This document shows, piece by piece, positions 13,690 to 26,906 of a stretch of DNA of 56,986 nt. The notes under the pieces are model-generated. The model was given only the letters and a program-made list of their open reading frames with translations. It did no database searches and was not told the DNA's origin. Position 1 is the first letter of the stretch; each line of letters begins with the position of its first letter. This DNA is from Welwitschia mirabilis (taxonomy: Eukaryota), in assembly GCA_051453625.1 (NCBI GenBank), contig JBOZIK010000001.1, positions 20,797,769 to 20,854,754 of the forward strand. Reading direction: 5' to 3'. A program made the translations under genes and the position numbers.

Positions 13690-16251
13690 TAGCTACAACT
13701 TTTAGGGATAATGTCTCACCTTTTTTGTATCATGTATTACATCAAAATTTTTGGTGTATTTTTTTCCTTATTAGTAAATTAGGATGAGGTAATTCTATAT
13801 TACCTTAAAGTTCCTTCATTACTTATACACCTAGACTCATACAAATATACCTATGATGATCTTCAAATACATGGTTCATACATTATAATATGAAAATCAA
13901 ACTTTGCAATATTAAGGTTTGATCATGAACTTGTATAAGAAATTAAAAGTTTATCTTTTACAACACAATGTCATAATCCTACATTCATCACAACTTCTTA
14001 AATACTCTATATTACTATAAATGCATATCTTTAAAGCTGGTCCAGTATCTTAATGGCTTAGAGAGACTCTTATCAATGCTCATCCTTTAGCTCCACCTTC
14101 ATAGGTCACTTGCTCTTGTGGTGATATTTATATTCTTCTTAATATGTTTAATTAATGTATATCAAAATTTATAATTAGGGATAGTGTCAATAGTACCTCA
14201 TTTACCTTCTTAAGGAAATGAGAAAGAGCATGCACGAGAGTTGTGTCGATGTTTACTCTCGTCTATAGATTACTTATTCTGGAACTCTAGATCCTACTTC
14301 TCCCTCTAATTATCTAGGCTTATCTACAAAAAAGGAGAATAAGGAGGTACAAGTAAAAGGAAAAAATGAGGTACATGATGCATCAGAAAAGAAATAAGAA
14401 GAATAAGAATAAGAAACAAGAAAAATAAGAAGAGACATATGAGGAGGGATCATCTGAAGAAGAAGAAGAATCCAAAGAGGAGTGAGTGCCTAAAATAGAA
14501 AGAGTAGGCACCATCTTAACAAGAACTTATTTGTTTAGTATTTTCAACATGGCAAGATGTTACTCCATTAAATAGAGTCATAAGAGTACTAGTGTACTAC
14601 CTCTGATGGTATCTTAGATCCAACACCATTTCCACACCTTAAACTTCATGTATAGAAGTGCTACCATCTTCTTCTATAGCCTAGTCATCCTATGTCCCTA
14701 ATAATATAGTGCCACTCCATGGTTCAGACATGGAATATGATTAATTAGGTGATCTTTATTTCATTATAGGTTTTATTTGCTTTCCATATGTACCTTCATC
14801 ATTATCATTAATGATAAAAAATGAGAGGCAGTTATGAACTATGACTAAAAATTATGAATCAAAAAGTTTAATAGCTTTTGTACTTTTTCTTACATATGAT
14901 CATCTTTATAATTTTGTAAAATGTAATTATTCTTCTTTAAAATTTCATTTATTTAATTCAAGCTCATTCATGCTTTATTTAAAAAATTTGCTCTTTCAAA
15001 TCACTAGTTATTATCCTTTTCCAATTATACTATATAAATATAGTTTAAGAAATTTTGGATATTACTATGCTTACCATAGACTAATGATCCGCTAAATGCT
15101 TCACTTATATAACATATCATTGTAGGAGATGGATAGGTTTAGGGGGAGCATTGAGAATATTATTATATCATCTAATTATTTAGTGATGATAAACCAAATT
15201 TTAAGTAAAGAAAAGATAACTTCTAGGATAATTTTGATGGGATTTAAAGAAAGTCTAGAAGCATAAATATATAAAGGATGAATAAATCAAGCAAATACAT
15301 CAAAGGCTAGATAGATGATTAGCTATGATAAGAAGATTGATACCTACTAAAGAAAAGTAGGAGAAATCAATCATGAAGCAGTTAACTAGGTATGGTGTGG
15401 GGGTCAACAACCTATCACAAAAAATGGGATTTCATAATTAAGCAATCAATTACTAAATAAAAGAATCAATTGTCTATTATTGTTGGTTATTCTAAAGTAA
15501 TTATGCAATTACCAGACATCTCCAAGGGATCAATCATCTAAAAATTTAGCATTTAGTTCAATAATAAAAATAAGTTGACTAGCTTAGAACTAAGGTCACC
15601 TGGCTCAGAGGTTAACTATATCCTATTAAAGAATTGACTATCATACACTTGGATGTCATTACAAGTAGCTATTACAAAGTAAAACATGATCACTTTAACT
15701 AGTACTAAAAGGTTAAACCATTCTGACTTACTCTAATAGCTACATTACTTGGAAACTTCATCTATAATAGATAAATTTCCTTTTTTATATAATCTAAAAC
15801 ATTTTTGCAATCATAAAGGGCTTTTTTATCTCTTATCATTATACTTAATTTGTAAATAGCACATTTTTTTCCTTCTTCCTTATCACTATACCTAATTTTA
15901 ATTTTTAAATAAGACTAATTTTTTACTTCATAACCAATCATTGCTACAAAAGATTTTTATATTTAGTAGAGGACTACCACAAAGTCTTGTGAGAGTAATT
16001 GGTGGGAAGCACTCTATAATAAAGAAAAATATGCTTTTTTTTTAATTTATTGTGTATTTTTCATTGTGCTAATTACTTTATAGTATAATTACGCTAAAAT
16101 TTCATTATTGAAATTCATTTTTACTTAGTTCAAATCTATAAATTAATTATTCGCAAAGTGTGTAAATTTTGATTAAAACTATTAAAAGTAAAAATTACCT
16201 TATAATTATTATATTCATACCTTCTCTTTAAGATAGAATATCCTAGTAACA
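13690..16251 (+). mobile_element. 3' end of a Sirevirus (SIRE)-like Copia: decayed extra-ORF region, PPT and LTR
   Basis: PPT agggggag at 15141-15148, with a decayed upstream PPT-like signature at ~14815. The LTR (15152-16251) ends attcataccttctc...tcctagtaaca, like the LTR at 47275. Repeated GTYRAC-type motifs lie at 15380-15640 and an acidic purine-rich stretch at 14330-14485. Confidence 0.55.
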
Positions 16252-16399
16252 TCTTTCAAAGATCATGAATTATATAAAAGGTTAAGGTTTAGTAAAGGAA
16301 TTCATTTTTTTCATGTTTATTAAAATTATGTATAGAACACGTAATAACTCTAATAATCTTAACATAATTTAGACAACTCAAGTTGTTCTAAGAATTTAG

Positions 16400-16800
16400 C
16401 TATAGTGTCTAATTTTTTGTTTATATCTATGTCTTCATCTAGTTTATATAGTTATCATCCTATGAATTTATTAGGTGAAAGAGTTTTCTTAGTTAAATCT
16501 TTAACTATAGATTTTCTTTCTTAGTTTTCAATAATTTTAACCATGTTCACAAAAGTATTGCAAGCTTTATCTACTTCCTTATATGTGAAGGTTATATTGC
16601 TTATCATCTTGATTAGTTGCTTATTTGATAAAGCTAATCCTTTGTAGTAAAAGTTTAATGGTCTTCAAGCTTCAAAACTGTGTTAGAGACATTTTCATAG
16701 TAGATCATTAAAGCATTCAAATGACTTATAAAAAAGTTTATAATTTTATTGTTAAAAGTCCATAATTTTTTAATCTTAATTAAATTCTTTTGTTGTTAGA
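16400..16800 (-). pseudogene. Decayed Athila-like gag fragment (host of the element B insertion)
   Basis: The minus strand reads approximately IMDF*Q...KSFECFNDLL*KCL.HSFEA*RPLNFYYKGL, matching the gag pattern I..F.Q...WERF..LL..CP.HG....L..FY.GL. Confidence 0.55.
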
Positions 16801-16971
16801 CTATTTTTACTCCCTTGCTCTATGGCTAATTCAGTATCTCTTGATTATTTAGCAATCCATTTCTTCCAAGAGCTATTTCTAATAAAAACCTAGTACCATT
16901 ACTATTCTAAATGATGTCATTGATCTTATTGGGCTTTTTAGCTTTCATAAAGGTTAAGAAACTTAAAGTAA

Positions 16972-18008
16972 TGTTACATCGCCAACTTATGTGTATTTGA
17001 TAGGATATTCTGAGCTGTTTTGCAAATAAATGCTTATTCTCATGATAATGGAGAACCAAGATGTAAAGGATGAAAACATACAATTTCCAGATAAATTACA
17101 AGCATTTTGCGCAGATATGGATAAATGATATTTTGGATAATGATTCCTGTAAATAACAAGCAATCAGACTGACTGAAGATTAATAAAAAGCCTATCGTCC
17201 ATCTAATCATCCGGATGTCATGAGTGGATGACATCATCAACTGGTCGATAACATTTTGCATGCAGATCATAAGCAGTTAAACTGGAGTAAATAAGGACTT
17301 CTAATTATCAGTCTACATCGTTCCCTCTATCATCCATATGACCTGTAGGACAATACTATCCTCTTATACTTTTACTGAATGTTTACTTGAGTTGTCACCA
17401 CTTTATTGCAACCTTTCTTTGCATGTTAGCTAGGGTTTTTCCCATAATCTTTTATTAGTTTCTCTTTCTTTTCTGTCTATAAATAAGGGTATCTTCCTCA
17501 ATCCCTAATCATCTTCGATAGTACCTGATATACTCGTGACAGGAGATTTTGAGACCAGAGAACCATTCTGTAATTGCAGAGAGACGTTCCCTTAGTGTTG
17601 GGCAGTGTTTCCTTCATTGAGAAAAGGCTACTTTGTAATACAAATGTTACATGCATTTCTAATATAAATTACCTTCTTTTGTGTTCAATATATGCCTCAT
17701 AGTTTATGTTATTTAAGATTCAATGACAGGTTTCTTTTGTTATATAGATTATGAAGGCAGCCTTTGTCAAGATTAAGCTTAATTAGTTTAGGTGCATCAT
17801 TATTTCCTTTCTTAAATTAGCTTTGCATAAGTATGTTTTATTTCAATTCTATGCATTGTAATTTATTTTAGTAGATTAAAGTTACACAATTTTCTCTTAA
17901 AAGCAACTCTTTATTTTTCATACTTTGGCCTTCGATGGAACTACGACATTTTAGATTATGACATTTCAGATCAAGGCATGAAACATTGTATAAATATGCA
18001 CTGCAACA
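16972..18008 (+). repeat. 5' LTR of element B
   Basis: tgttacatcgccaacttatgtg ... atgcactgcaaca, TATA at ~17478, direct repeat of 23280-24363. Confidence 0.92.
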
Positions 18009-18011
18009 TCT

Positions 18012-18029
18012 TGGCACTATTGTCGGGGA
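18012..18029 (+). promoter_or_regulatory. tRNA-Asp primer-binding site of element B
   Basis: tggcactattgtcgggga vs TGGCGCCGTTGCCGGGGA (four transitions), 3 nt after the LTR end. Confidence 0.85.
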
Positions 18030-18466
18030 AGGCTACTTAGAGATCGAGAGTTGTCGTTGCTTTATTGAATATTTCGGATGTTTACTGTAACAGCAGTGTA
18101 CCAGTACCTTCTATAAGTTTTTATTTTGATTTTTATTTTTGCTAACCTCTAACGTCTCCTTCGTCGTCCAAACATCACAGTTAGACAACTATCCCATTTT
18201 CTGCTTTCTCTCTTTCTGTGGTTGTCTGTTTCTGTCATTCAGGTTATCGTCCGGATGACTAACAGGACATTATCTTCTCAGATCCAAGACTTAATGGTTA
18301 AAAATCAGAAAAAAAGAAAAATATCAGAAAGAGCAATAGTTCATTACTAAAAATATCAGAGAAGGTTTACTAAATTTTGAAATTGAAATAAATCAAAACA
18401 TCCCAGGTACACAAGATTTATAATTTTCTACAATTTCTGACTTCAATTCTGCAGAATTTGATACTA

Positions 18467-21370
18467 TGTCAACCTCCAACCAAAAACAAAAATAACCTAT
18501 CTCTTTAAATCCACCCCTTGTCATTGTAACCATTACTTTTACTCCTTCTCAACCCAATACTCGTGCTACTTTGAGGGATCTTATAGTGAATAAAAAACTT
18601 GAAGTCTAAAATCCTTTTGGCTTACCTCCTAGTGATGATGTAAAACTTAAAAACTTGAATGATACCTTTAGTGGAGAACCTGATGAAGACCCTTTAAAAC
18701 ACATTGTCAAAATTGAACAACTTATTCTTACTTCTGGAAATGGTAAAAAATGAATAAGCGATAGAACCTACATGGTTATCTTCCTTATGACCTTGAGAGG
18801 TAAAGCAAAACTTTGGCTTAAAACGATTCCTCATAAGAGCCTTAAATCTTAGAGTCAAGTTCAAGAAGCCTTCATCAAAAGATTCATGAGTGAAACCACC
18901 ATTTGGAAGCATAAGAAAGAAGTCACAAACTTCTAATAATTACCTAATGAGGACTATGCCTCTGCCTATAAGCGATTCTTTATTGCTTTACATTCAAACC
19001 CTGTAGATGCCTTTTCAAAGGTATAGTTAATTGATTATTTCTATAGTGGATTAAACAGTCATGCCAAGCAACTTGTAGATTTCTCTTATGGAGGCAACCT
19101 CCTAAACCAAACCTTATAAGATGCTTAGAAAGTATTGGAAGATTTAGTGGAAGTAAGTTAAACTTGGATTAAACCCTTTTTTAGAGAAAATCGAACAGTA
19201 GACCAAATTATCAAAGACCTCAAAGAAGTAAAACATGAAAAAACTAAAATCAAAATAAAAAATGAACCAACTAGCATCATTAAGAATTTTACTTTTACCT
19301 TAGAGAAATACACCTATATGATCTTTGGTGCTAAAGTGGTAACTGAAAAGAGTGAAGTTATCGTTTCAACATGTGATTTATGTGAAGATAGCTACCATGT
19401 CATAAAAGAGTGCCCTTTACTTCCTACTTATAAAGAGAGAATCTATGAGGAAATGTGCACTTTCAACTAAATACCTTCTAACTACATTCCAAACTACAAC
19501 CAAAGAAAAGTTCCAAATCACAATTTTCAAAATAGGATGAGTGAGCAACCAAATCTTAGTAATTTTCAAATACATCATCCTATCTCCCAGCCTTTTAGGA
19601 ATAGATTTGAACATTTTAACTTTTAATCCAACTATCCAAATCACTTGACAAACTCTTCCAAATCCTAAAACCATAGTGATCCTCTTAGAAATTCCATTGA
19701 GGAGTTGAGAAAAACTTGAGAGAAGACAAATGCAAACATTAAAAATCTTGTAAATATCTTATAACAAACCATGCTTGCCAACCAAAGACCATAAGGGATC
19801 CTTGCCACTCAACCTTTACCGAACCATAACAAAGTACAAAAAAATTATAAGGTGGTGAAAAAGAGTGGAAATGACATAACTCCCCCTACTCATGAGGCTT
19901 NNNNNNNNNNNNNNNNNNNNNNNNNNNNNNNNNNNNNNNNNNNNNNNNNNNNNNNNNNNNNNNNNNNNNNNNNNNNNNNNNNNNNNNNNNNNNNNNNNNN
20001 TTATCACGTTACAAAGGAGTGTCTTTTACTCCCTACATGCAAAGAGAGAATTTATGAAGAACTTTATGCTTTGAACCAACGACCCTCTAACTACATTCAA
20101 AATTATAATCAAAGACAAGTTCCAAATCACAATTTTTAACATAGGATGAATGAACAACCTAATAATTTTCAAACATATCATCCCAACTTCCAACCTTACT
20201 AAAATAGATTTGAACATCAAAACTTTCAATTCAACTATTAAAATAACATGGCAAGCCCTTTGAACTTCCAAAACCATAGTGATCCTCTTAGGAATTCTAT
20301 CAAGAAGTTGAGAAAATATCAAGAAGTTGAGAAAATATCAAAAAGTTAAGAAAACCATAAGAGAAGACAAATGCAAACTTAGAAAATCTTGTGAACATTT
20401 TACAACAAATCATGCTTTCCAATCAAAGCCCACAAGGGACCCTTATCACTTAACCTTTACCAAACCCTAAAAAAATATGAAAAGATTATAAGATGATGAT
20501 AAGGAGTGGAAATGACATAACTCCCCCTACTCATGAGGCTTCAACTTCCTAAAATGACAAAAACGATGAGGAAGAGGACATAGAAATCCTAGAAAATCAT
20601 TCCTTTCCTTCTTCACTTAGTAACAAAAAAAAAGATCCTTCACAAAAGAAACCTGCTACCCCATGGCTTAATAGGCTTAACACAAACCCCATCTTTGATG
20701 ATCATTTGAAAGCCTTAATGCAAAATATGAGCATCAACTTATTTTTTGGAAACTTCTGCAAGAGAATCTCAAATACTCTAAGCTATAGAAAGACCTAATA
20801 AGAAGGAAATAAAAATGAACCATTCTTAGTAAAGTCTTCCTAGATCAATCTCTTAGTAACTTAGTTTCCAAGAAGTGTCCAAAGTTTAAAGATCCAGAGG
20901 CAGCAATTGCTAGTATCACTTTAGAGGGGAACTGAAGAATTAAGGAAGCCTTGATAGACATAGGAGTCAGTGTTAATATTATGCCCTTACACATTTGTCA
21001 ACTTCTTGGATTGGAAGGATGAATTAAACTTATAAAAATTGTCTTAGAGTTAACTAATGTATCTATAAAGAAACCTTTAGGTGTGATTAAGGATTTGGTC
21101 ATTCAGATAGAGGAAGCTTTCTACCCAATAGATGTAGTTGTGTTTAGAAGTTGAGCATCAAGGTAGATACCCCCTACTTATAGGTAGAGCTTTCTATGCA
21201 ACAGCCCATTGCATTATAGACACAAGAACTGGACTGATGAAATGCCATTTTGGAAATAAGCAATTTTCAATAAGAGTGTTTGATGTAGCTGAAAAAGATT
21301 TAGGCAACAATTTAGATTTGGAGGAAGATATAAACCAACCCTATTTTTATAGCACTGTCCAACCCTAAAG
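18467..21370 (+). pseudogene. Decayed gag-protease ORF of element B
   Basis: Gag core FSGEPDEDP..., FPYDLRGKAKLWL...QEAFIKRF, LIDYFYSGL. CCHC knuckle CDLCEDSYHVIKEC at 19372-19413. Protease KFKDP..., ALIDIGVSVNIMP at 20948-20986, LLIGRAFYATA. Many stops and frameshifts, and a gap-associated duplication. Confidence 0.85.
20299..20355. repeat. 19-bp tandem triplication
   Basis: atcaagaagttgagaaaat twice plus a degenerate third copy; only one copy in the paralogous segment at ~19698. Confidence 0.85.
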
Positions 21371-21869
21371 CATATTGTAAAAGATAAAATCATAAAAATC
21401 ATGGGTGGAAAATGGTGTATGTACATAAACAACGGTTAAAATGACATAAGGATTTTTAGATGTAACTGTGAACATGATAGAAGCACTTGTTTTGGAATTT
21501 CCCCTCATTGAGGAGGACTTCCTCCCTATAATTATCTAAGTTCTTTCTTAGCCTACTCTTTTGGTTAAATATTATGACTTCACTTGATCATCTTTTAAAA
21601 CCTGACTTGTGTATTACTCTGTAAAGTATTATGATTGGTTTTATACTTGGGCATTTATAGGTAGTACGATTAGATTCACCCAAGACATTCCCATGTATAT
21701 GGACTATATTTATAGGAAGATGCCTTATTTCTTGTGTTTTTTTCAATAGTGATTAAATCTTAAGTTATCAAGGAGTGTTCTTTTCTATCTTTTATCTCAT
21801 TTATTCACCTTCGTCTTTCTTAAGCATGTGATCATGTGGGAATTTTTGTATTAAAAAACCAAAAAAAAA

Positions 21870-22800
21870 AGTGTAAAGCATGATGTCCTACTGTAAGTAC
21901 ACCGGAGTAAATATTTCTGAGAAGAGCCTTTGGTAGTGTAATATGGTAGCTGTGGAAACTCCACTGAAGGGTCAGTTGGCCATGCTTCATTGGTCCTTAC
22001 TCCTTTGATAGTAGTTGCACTTCCCTCATCATGGCAAAAGAAATAAAACTTTTAGTATTCCCACTTGATCATTTTAATTTTGAAGATTTTGGTAAGTTTG
22101 TAGATTGAAGAAGGTGAGGTCCTTCCTAAGTAACTTATGATTTTGACTTTCATTATTCTATACACTTGATACTTTGGATATCACCATAACCACTGNNNNN
22201 NNNNNNNNNNNNNNNNNNNNNNNNNNNNNNNNNNNNNNNNNNNNNNNNNNNNNNNNNNNNNNNNNNNNNNNNNNNNNNNTAATATGGTAGATGTAGAAAT
22301 TCTATTATGGGGTCAGTTGGCCATGCTTCGCAGGTCCTTACTCCTCTGACAGTGGTTGCACTCCCCTCATCATGCCAAAAGAAATAAAACTCTTCATATT
22401 CCCACATTATCATTTTACTTTGGAAGATTCTAGTAAGTTCGTAGGTAGAATATATGAGTCCAATTTTAAGTAACTTTAGATTTTTACCTTCATTATTCTA
22501 CACACTTGACACTTTGGATATCACCATAACCACTACCTTTTTAAATGAACCTTCTATAATTAATACATTTTGTCATGCATATTTACTTAGGTGATATTAT
22601 GATGTTTCCCTTGGGAGTTTGCTATGTTAGTACTTAAAATAGGTAAACAATCTTCTCCTTGTTCCTCGCATCCATTTTCCCTCTGATTTTCTTCTGTTTT
22701 CATGTCTACTATTTTCGGGTTATTTCTGCATCTTCTTCTTCTTTTTCCTTAGGACTTTACCCATTTCGTTCTTTTAGGCAATTTGGGACGTATTTCATAT
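21870..22800 (-). pseudogene. Antisense extra ORF of unknown function in the 3' internal region of element B
   Basis: The minus strand reads YELTRIFQSKMIMWEYEEFYFFWHDEGSATTVRGVRTCEAWPTDPIIEFLHLPY. A second version lies across the gap and a homolog lies in C (11140-11330). Differences are enriched in synonymous and conservative changes. Confidence 0.55.
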
Positions 22801-23250
22801 TTTAAGTAGGGGACAGGACACACATATTTTTAGTATTTTTTAAATATTTTTTAAAAATTTATGAATCATTATTATAGATCCTCCTTCTGAACTAGCTACA
22901 GAATATATCGATGTTTACATGATTCTTTTTTTATTTGAATGTGTATCATAGTTGGGGGGCTGTTTATCATGATTACTTAATTAATAGAGAAAATTAATTT
23001 CTATCACAGGTTCTAGTTTTTGAAGATATTTTGAGAAGCTTGTCATTCCCATTATCGTCCGGATGACATACCAGATGATCAACTTCTAATTCTTAGCAGG
23101 TATGTCTATTTAGTTTTTAGATTTTCTAGAAAATCAGTCTATTGCTGATATATGTCACAATTCTTTTTTTAGCTACTTCCTTTAGATATCCTAGTTGTTT
23201 TTATTGTCTAAAAGTTGGCTCACAAATATGGTTTACCACCTAGTTTTATC

Positions 23251-23276
23251 AGGGACTGACAAGGCTAAGTGGGGGA
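23251..23276 (+). promoter_or_regulatory. Polypurine tract of element B
   Basis: agggactgacaaggctaagtggggga immediately before the 3' LTR, Athila-type. Confidence 0.8.
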
Positions 23277-23279
23277 CTA

Positions 23280-24363
23280 TGTTGCACTACCAACTTATGT
23301 GTATTTGATAGGGTATTTTGAGTTGTTTTGCAGATAAATTAGCAGATAAATGCTTAGTTCTCATAATAATGGAGAACTGGGATGAAAAGAATAAAAACAT
23401 ATAATTTCCAAATAAATTACAAGAATTTTATGCATATATGGATAAATGATATTTTGGATAATGATTCCTGCAAATAATGAGCGATCAGACTTACTGAAGA
23501 TTGACAAAAAGCCTGTCATCCATCTAATCATCTAGATGTCATGAGTGGATGACATCATGAACTGGTCGATAATATTTCGATGTAGATCACAAGCAGTTAA
23601 ACTGGAGTAAACAAGAACTTCTAATTATCAGGCTGCATCATCCCCTCTATCGTCTGGATGATATTGTCCTCTCATACTTTTACCAAATGTTTACTTGAGT
23701 TGTCACCACTTTATTGTAACCTTTCTTTGCATGTTAGCTAGGGTTTTTTCCATACTCTTCTATCAATTTCCCTTCTTTTTCTGTCTATAAATAAGGGNNN
23801 NNNNNNNTCTTTGATAGTACCTAACATACTCGTGATAGAAGATCTTGGAACCGGAGAACCATTCTATGATTGTAGAGAGATGTTCCCTTGGTTTTGGGTG
23901 GCGTTTCCTTCATTGAGAAATGGCTACTTTGTAATACGAATGTTACATGCATTTCTAATATGAATTACCTTATTCTGTGTTCAATATATGCAGAAACTTC
24001 TTCCTCATAGTTTATGTTATTTAAGATTCAGTGACAGGTTTCTTTTGTTATATAAATTATGAGGGCAGCCTTTGTCAAGTTGAGCTTAATTAGTTTAGGT
24101 GCATCGTTATTTCCTTTCCTATATTAGTTTTGCATAAGTATGTTTTATTTCAATTCTATGCATTGCAATTTATTTCAGTAGATTAGAGTTACATAATTTT
24201 CTTTTAAAAGCAACTCTTTATTTTCCATACTTCGGCCTTTGACGGAATTAGGACATTTCATATCACTCCCATCTATACTAGTGTGTTGTGTTTGTGCATT
24301 TTATTAGTGATTAACGGGATTTAGACCAAGGCGTGAAACATTGCATAAATATGCACTTCAACA
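23280..24363 (+). repeat. 3' LTR of element B
   Basis: tgttgcactaccaacttatgtg ... atgcacttcaaca. Confidence 0.92.
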
Positions 24364-26906
24364 GGTGACCTGTAATTAAGACTCTAAATATCAGTATTTT
24401 TTAACAATATTTCAAAATTGTTAAGAAGAAGTAAATAATAAGCATGGTATTTATATTCCTAAGATATATTATTTAGTAAAATGTAATGATTTAGATATGT
24501 AAAAATCCAAGTGTGAATACTCTCTCTAAACTATTCCATTATTATCTTAGCTTAGCTTTTAATTTAAATTAGCTTATAACATCTTACTCCTATTCCATAG
24601 GGAATAAATGATTTTTCAAAGAAGAAATTATGAGAAGACTTAGTGAAATAGTTCTTTTTGATTTAGAAAATAGATTTAATAGGTAAACCATTAGTTATAG
24701 ATAATCTTAACATGTAGACTTAAAATATTAACTCAAATCTAAATTTAGATGGTATAGACCTATGCTAACATATTCAATCTATTTTTATTAAAAAAGCACT
24801 TCTAAGATCTATACATTGTACACTTGATTTATTTCTAAACAAGTTTGGTCAAGATTTGGATAACATAACATGTAGGATGTATAAGATCTAGAAATGTAAA
24901 TGGCTTACAATGCAACCTCTTAATCAAGAGAATAAATTTGATGAACATTTATTATTCCCAAAATCACTTCTTTTTAATCCTTAACTTCAAATGCATATAA
25001 GTTGAAAATGACATAAAAGACTCACACAAGAATTAACTAGTACTTATATTCATCATATTCCTAGATAATTAAAGAACACTTTGAAAGACATCTCATAAAG
25101 CAAGAATGAGGCTAAAGAACATCATTGAGTTGGAAAATGCATTTCTTAAATGGTACAATTTGTATGTGTTATAGTTTAATAATAAAACAACAAATTCCCA
25201 TGAAAATCAAAACACAATAAGATTGGGTTATATGATTAGTCTGGGATCATATGTTATATCAAAAAATGTCTTGTATTTAAATATGAAATAAAGGAAAATT
25301 ACTTGTTTACAAAATGCAAGTTTGAGTGACATGTCTTTATCTTAATCAAAATTTGTTTTGTTTGTCCATGAGATTTGTATAAGACTTGCTTTACATATTA
25401 TTTTCATAATTAAAAGGAGGTTTGAAATTGATTAAGGTGAACTAAGTTTAAATTAAAGTATAAGGTTAACTAGCATAACTACATCCTATAGGGGCAACAT
25501 ACATTTGGTAAAAGAATGGAAATAGGTAATACCTTATGGAGCTGTAGGTTCATTTCTTTAGTTTGTTTCTCATAATTACAAGATCATAGTAAAAATAAAA
25601 TAAAATAAAAATGAAACTATACTGCTTTAATGTGATCCATTAATCTTATGTTACAAACCCTTGCTTATTTTTGGTAGCTCAAAATTATGATTATGTGAAT
25701 TTTTTTCCCTTTATACTTATACTATTCATACTCTTAATTTTTTGTCAACTATAAAAATGTAATGAATGATTATTAATCTCTTCTTATCAACTCTTCCTCT
25801 AATGATGCAATGTAAAATAATTTCTCCTACTTGCCAGTTTTAAAATTACACTTAAGTGAATTAGAAAATACTAATGACATGACTGCCTTTAAAATTTATC
25901 AAAAACTATGTCTATATAAACTTTATAGATAACAATATACCACCAATAAGCATTACCAAACATTACCCTTAATTAGAATGTAATTGAAATTAAATTCCAA
26001 TTTTTAAATTTATACTTAAGCAACATAAAAACTAATTCTAGAGAAAGTCAATTTATAGAGTAAATTATGCATTCTAATTATTATTCTTAAATTAAATAAG
26101 CAAAAGATAAAAATTATGAACCATATGAGGTGGCATAACCAATCGTATGTGCATGCAAGTGGCCAAATTGCCATGGTGCTTTCACATAGTTACACTAAAT
26201 TATATGAAATGCATATAAAAAACAAATGTAATAAGGAATTATACATTTTTAAGAAACATAAATTACTTACATATAAAAATTAAATAATATGAAAATAAAA
26301 TTAATTAAAAAAAACTACCTTTGATTATGAAATTTAGGATTTCGTAACATAATGACCTCCTTTATGAATGAAGTGTATTAGTTATTTAGATTTTCAAGAT
26401 AGAATAGGTTATGCATTTTGCATAGAAATATTATTTTCTATGCTTAGCCTAATGCAACCTGACATGGTAGATAATAATGGCAAACAAGGATGATAGGGTG
26501 ATAAAGATTAATAAACCTATCTTGGGATGGAATGTAATCCAAGTTTGTTTGCATGAGATACTACTAAGAGTTGAATATTCTCTAGTCTAGCTTTATAACA
26601 TCTAAAGTTTTAGTTGTCATAAATTCACTTGATGTGCAACTATCTTATTCATTATTAATTTTCTATCTAGGTATTAAGCACTTATTAGAGTACAATCTTT
26701 GAATAATTAATAGAAATAAGTGGCACAAGAATCTTTATATTTCTTAAACCCATATTCATCACAAATGATGATGCATGTAGAAAACTAAAACAATGGTCGG
26801 ATTATAATTAACAGATCATTTGCAACATGAAAATGGTTATGTGCTTTTATTTTGTTAATGGACCTTGTTCTTTAAAAGCATTCTTCATCCCTTTCTTTCT
26901 CTTCAC

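Larger units (their letters stand above)
16972..24363 (+). mobile_element. Element B: full-length non-autonomous Athila-like LTR element with gag and protease only (TR-GAG-like)
   Basis: LTRs 16972-18008 and 23280-24363 (TGTT...CAACA, roughly 85% identical by eye, mostly transitions). TSD agtaa/ggtga differs by two transitions. tRNA-Asp PBS and PPT are present, as are a gag core, CCHC knuckle and aspartic protease. No RT/RH/INT in the resolved sequence. Confidence 0.9.
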
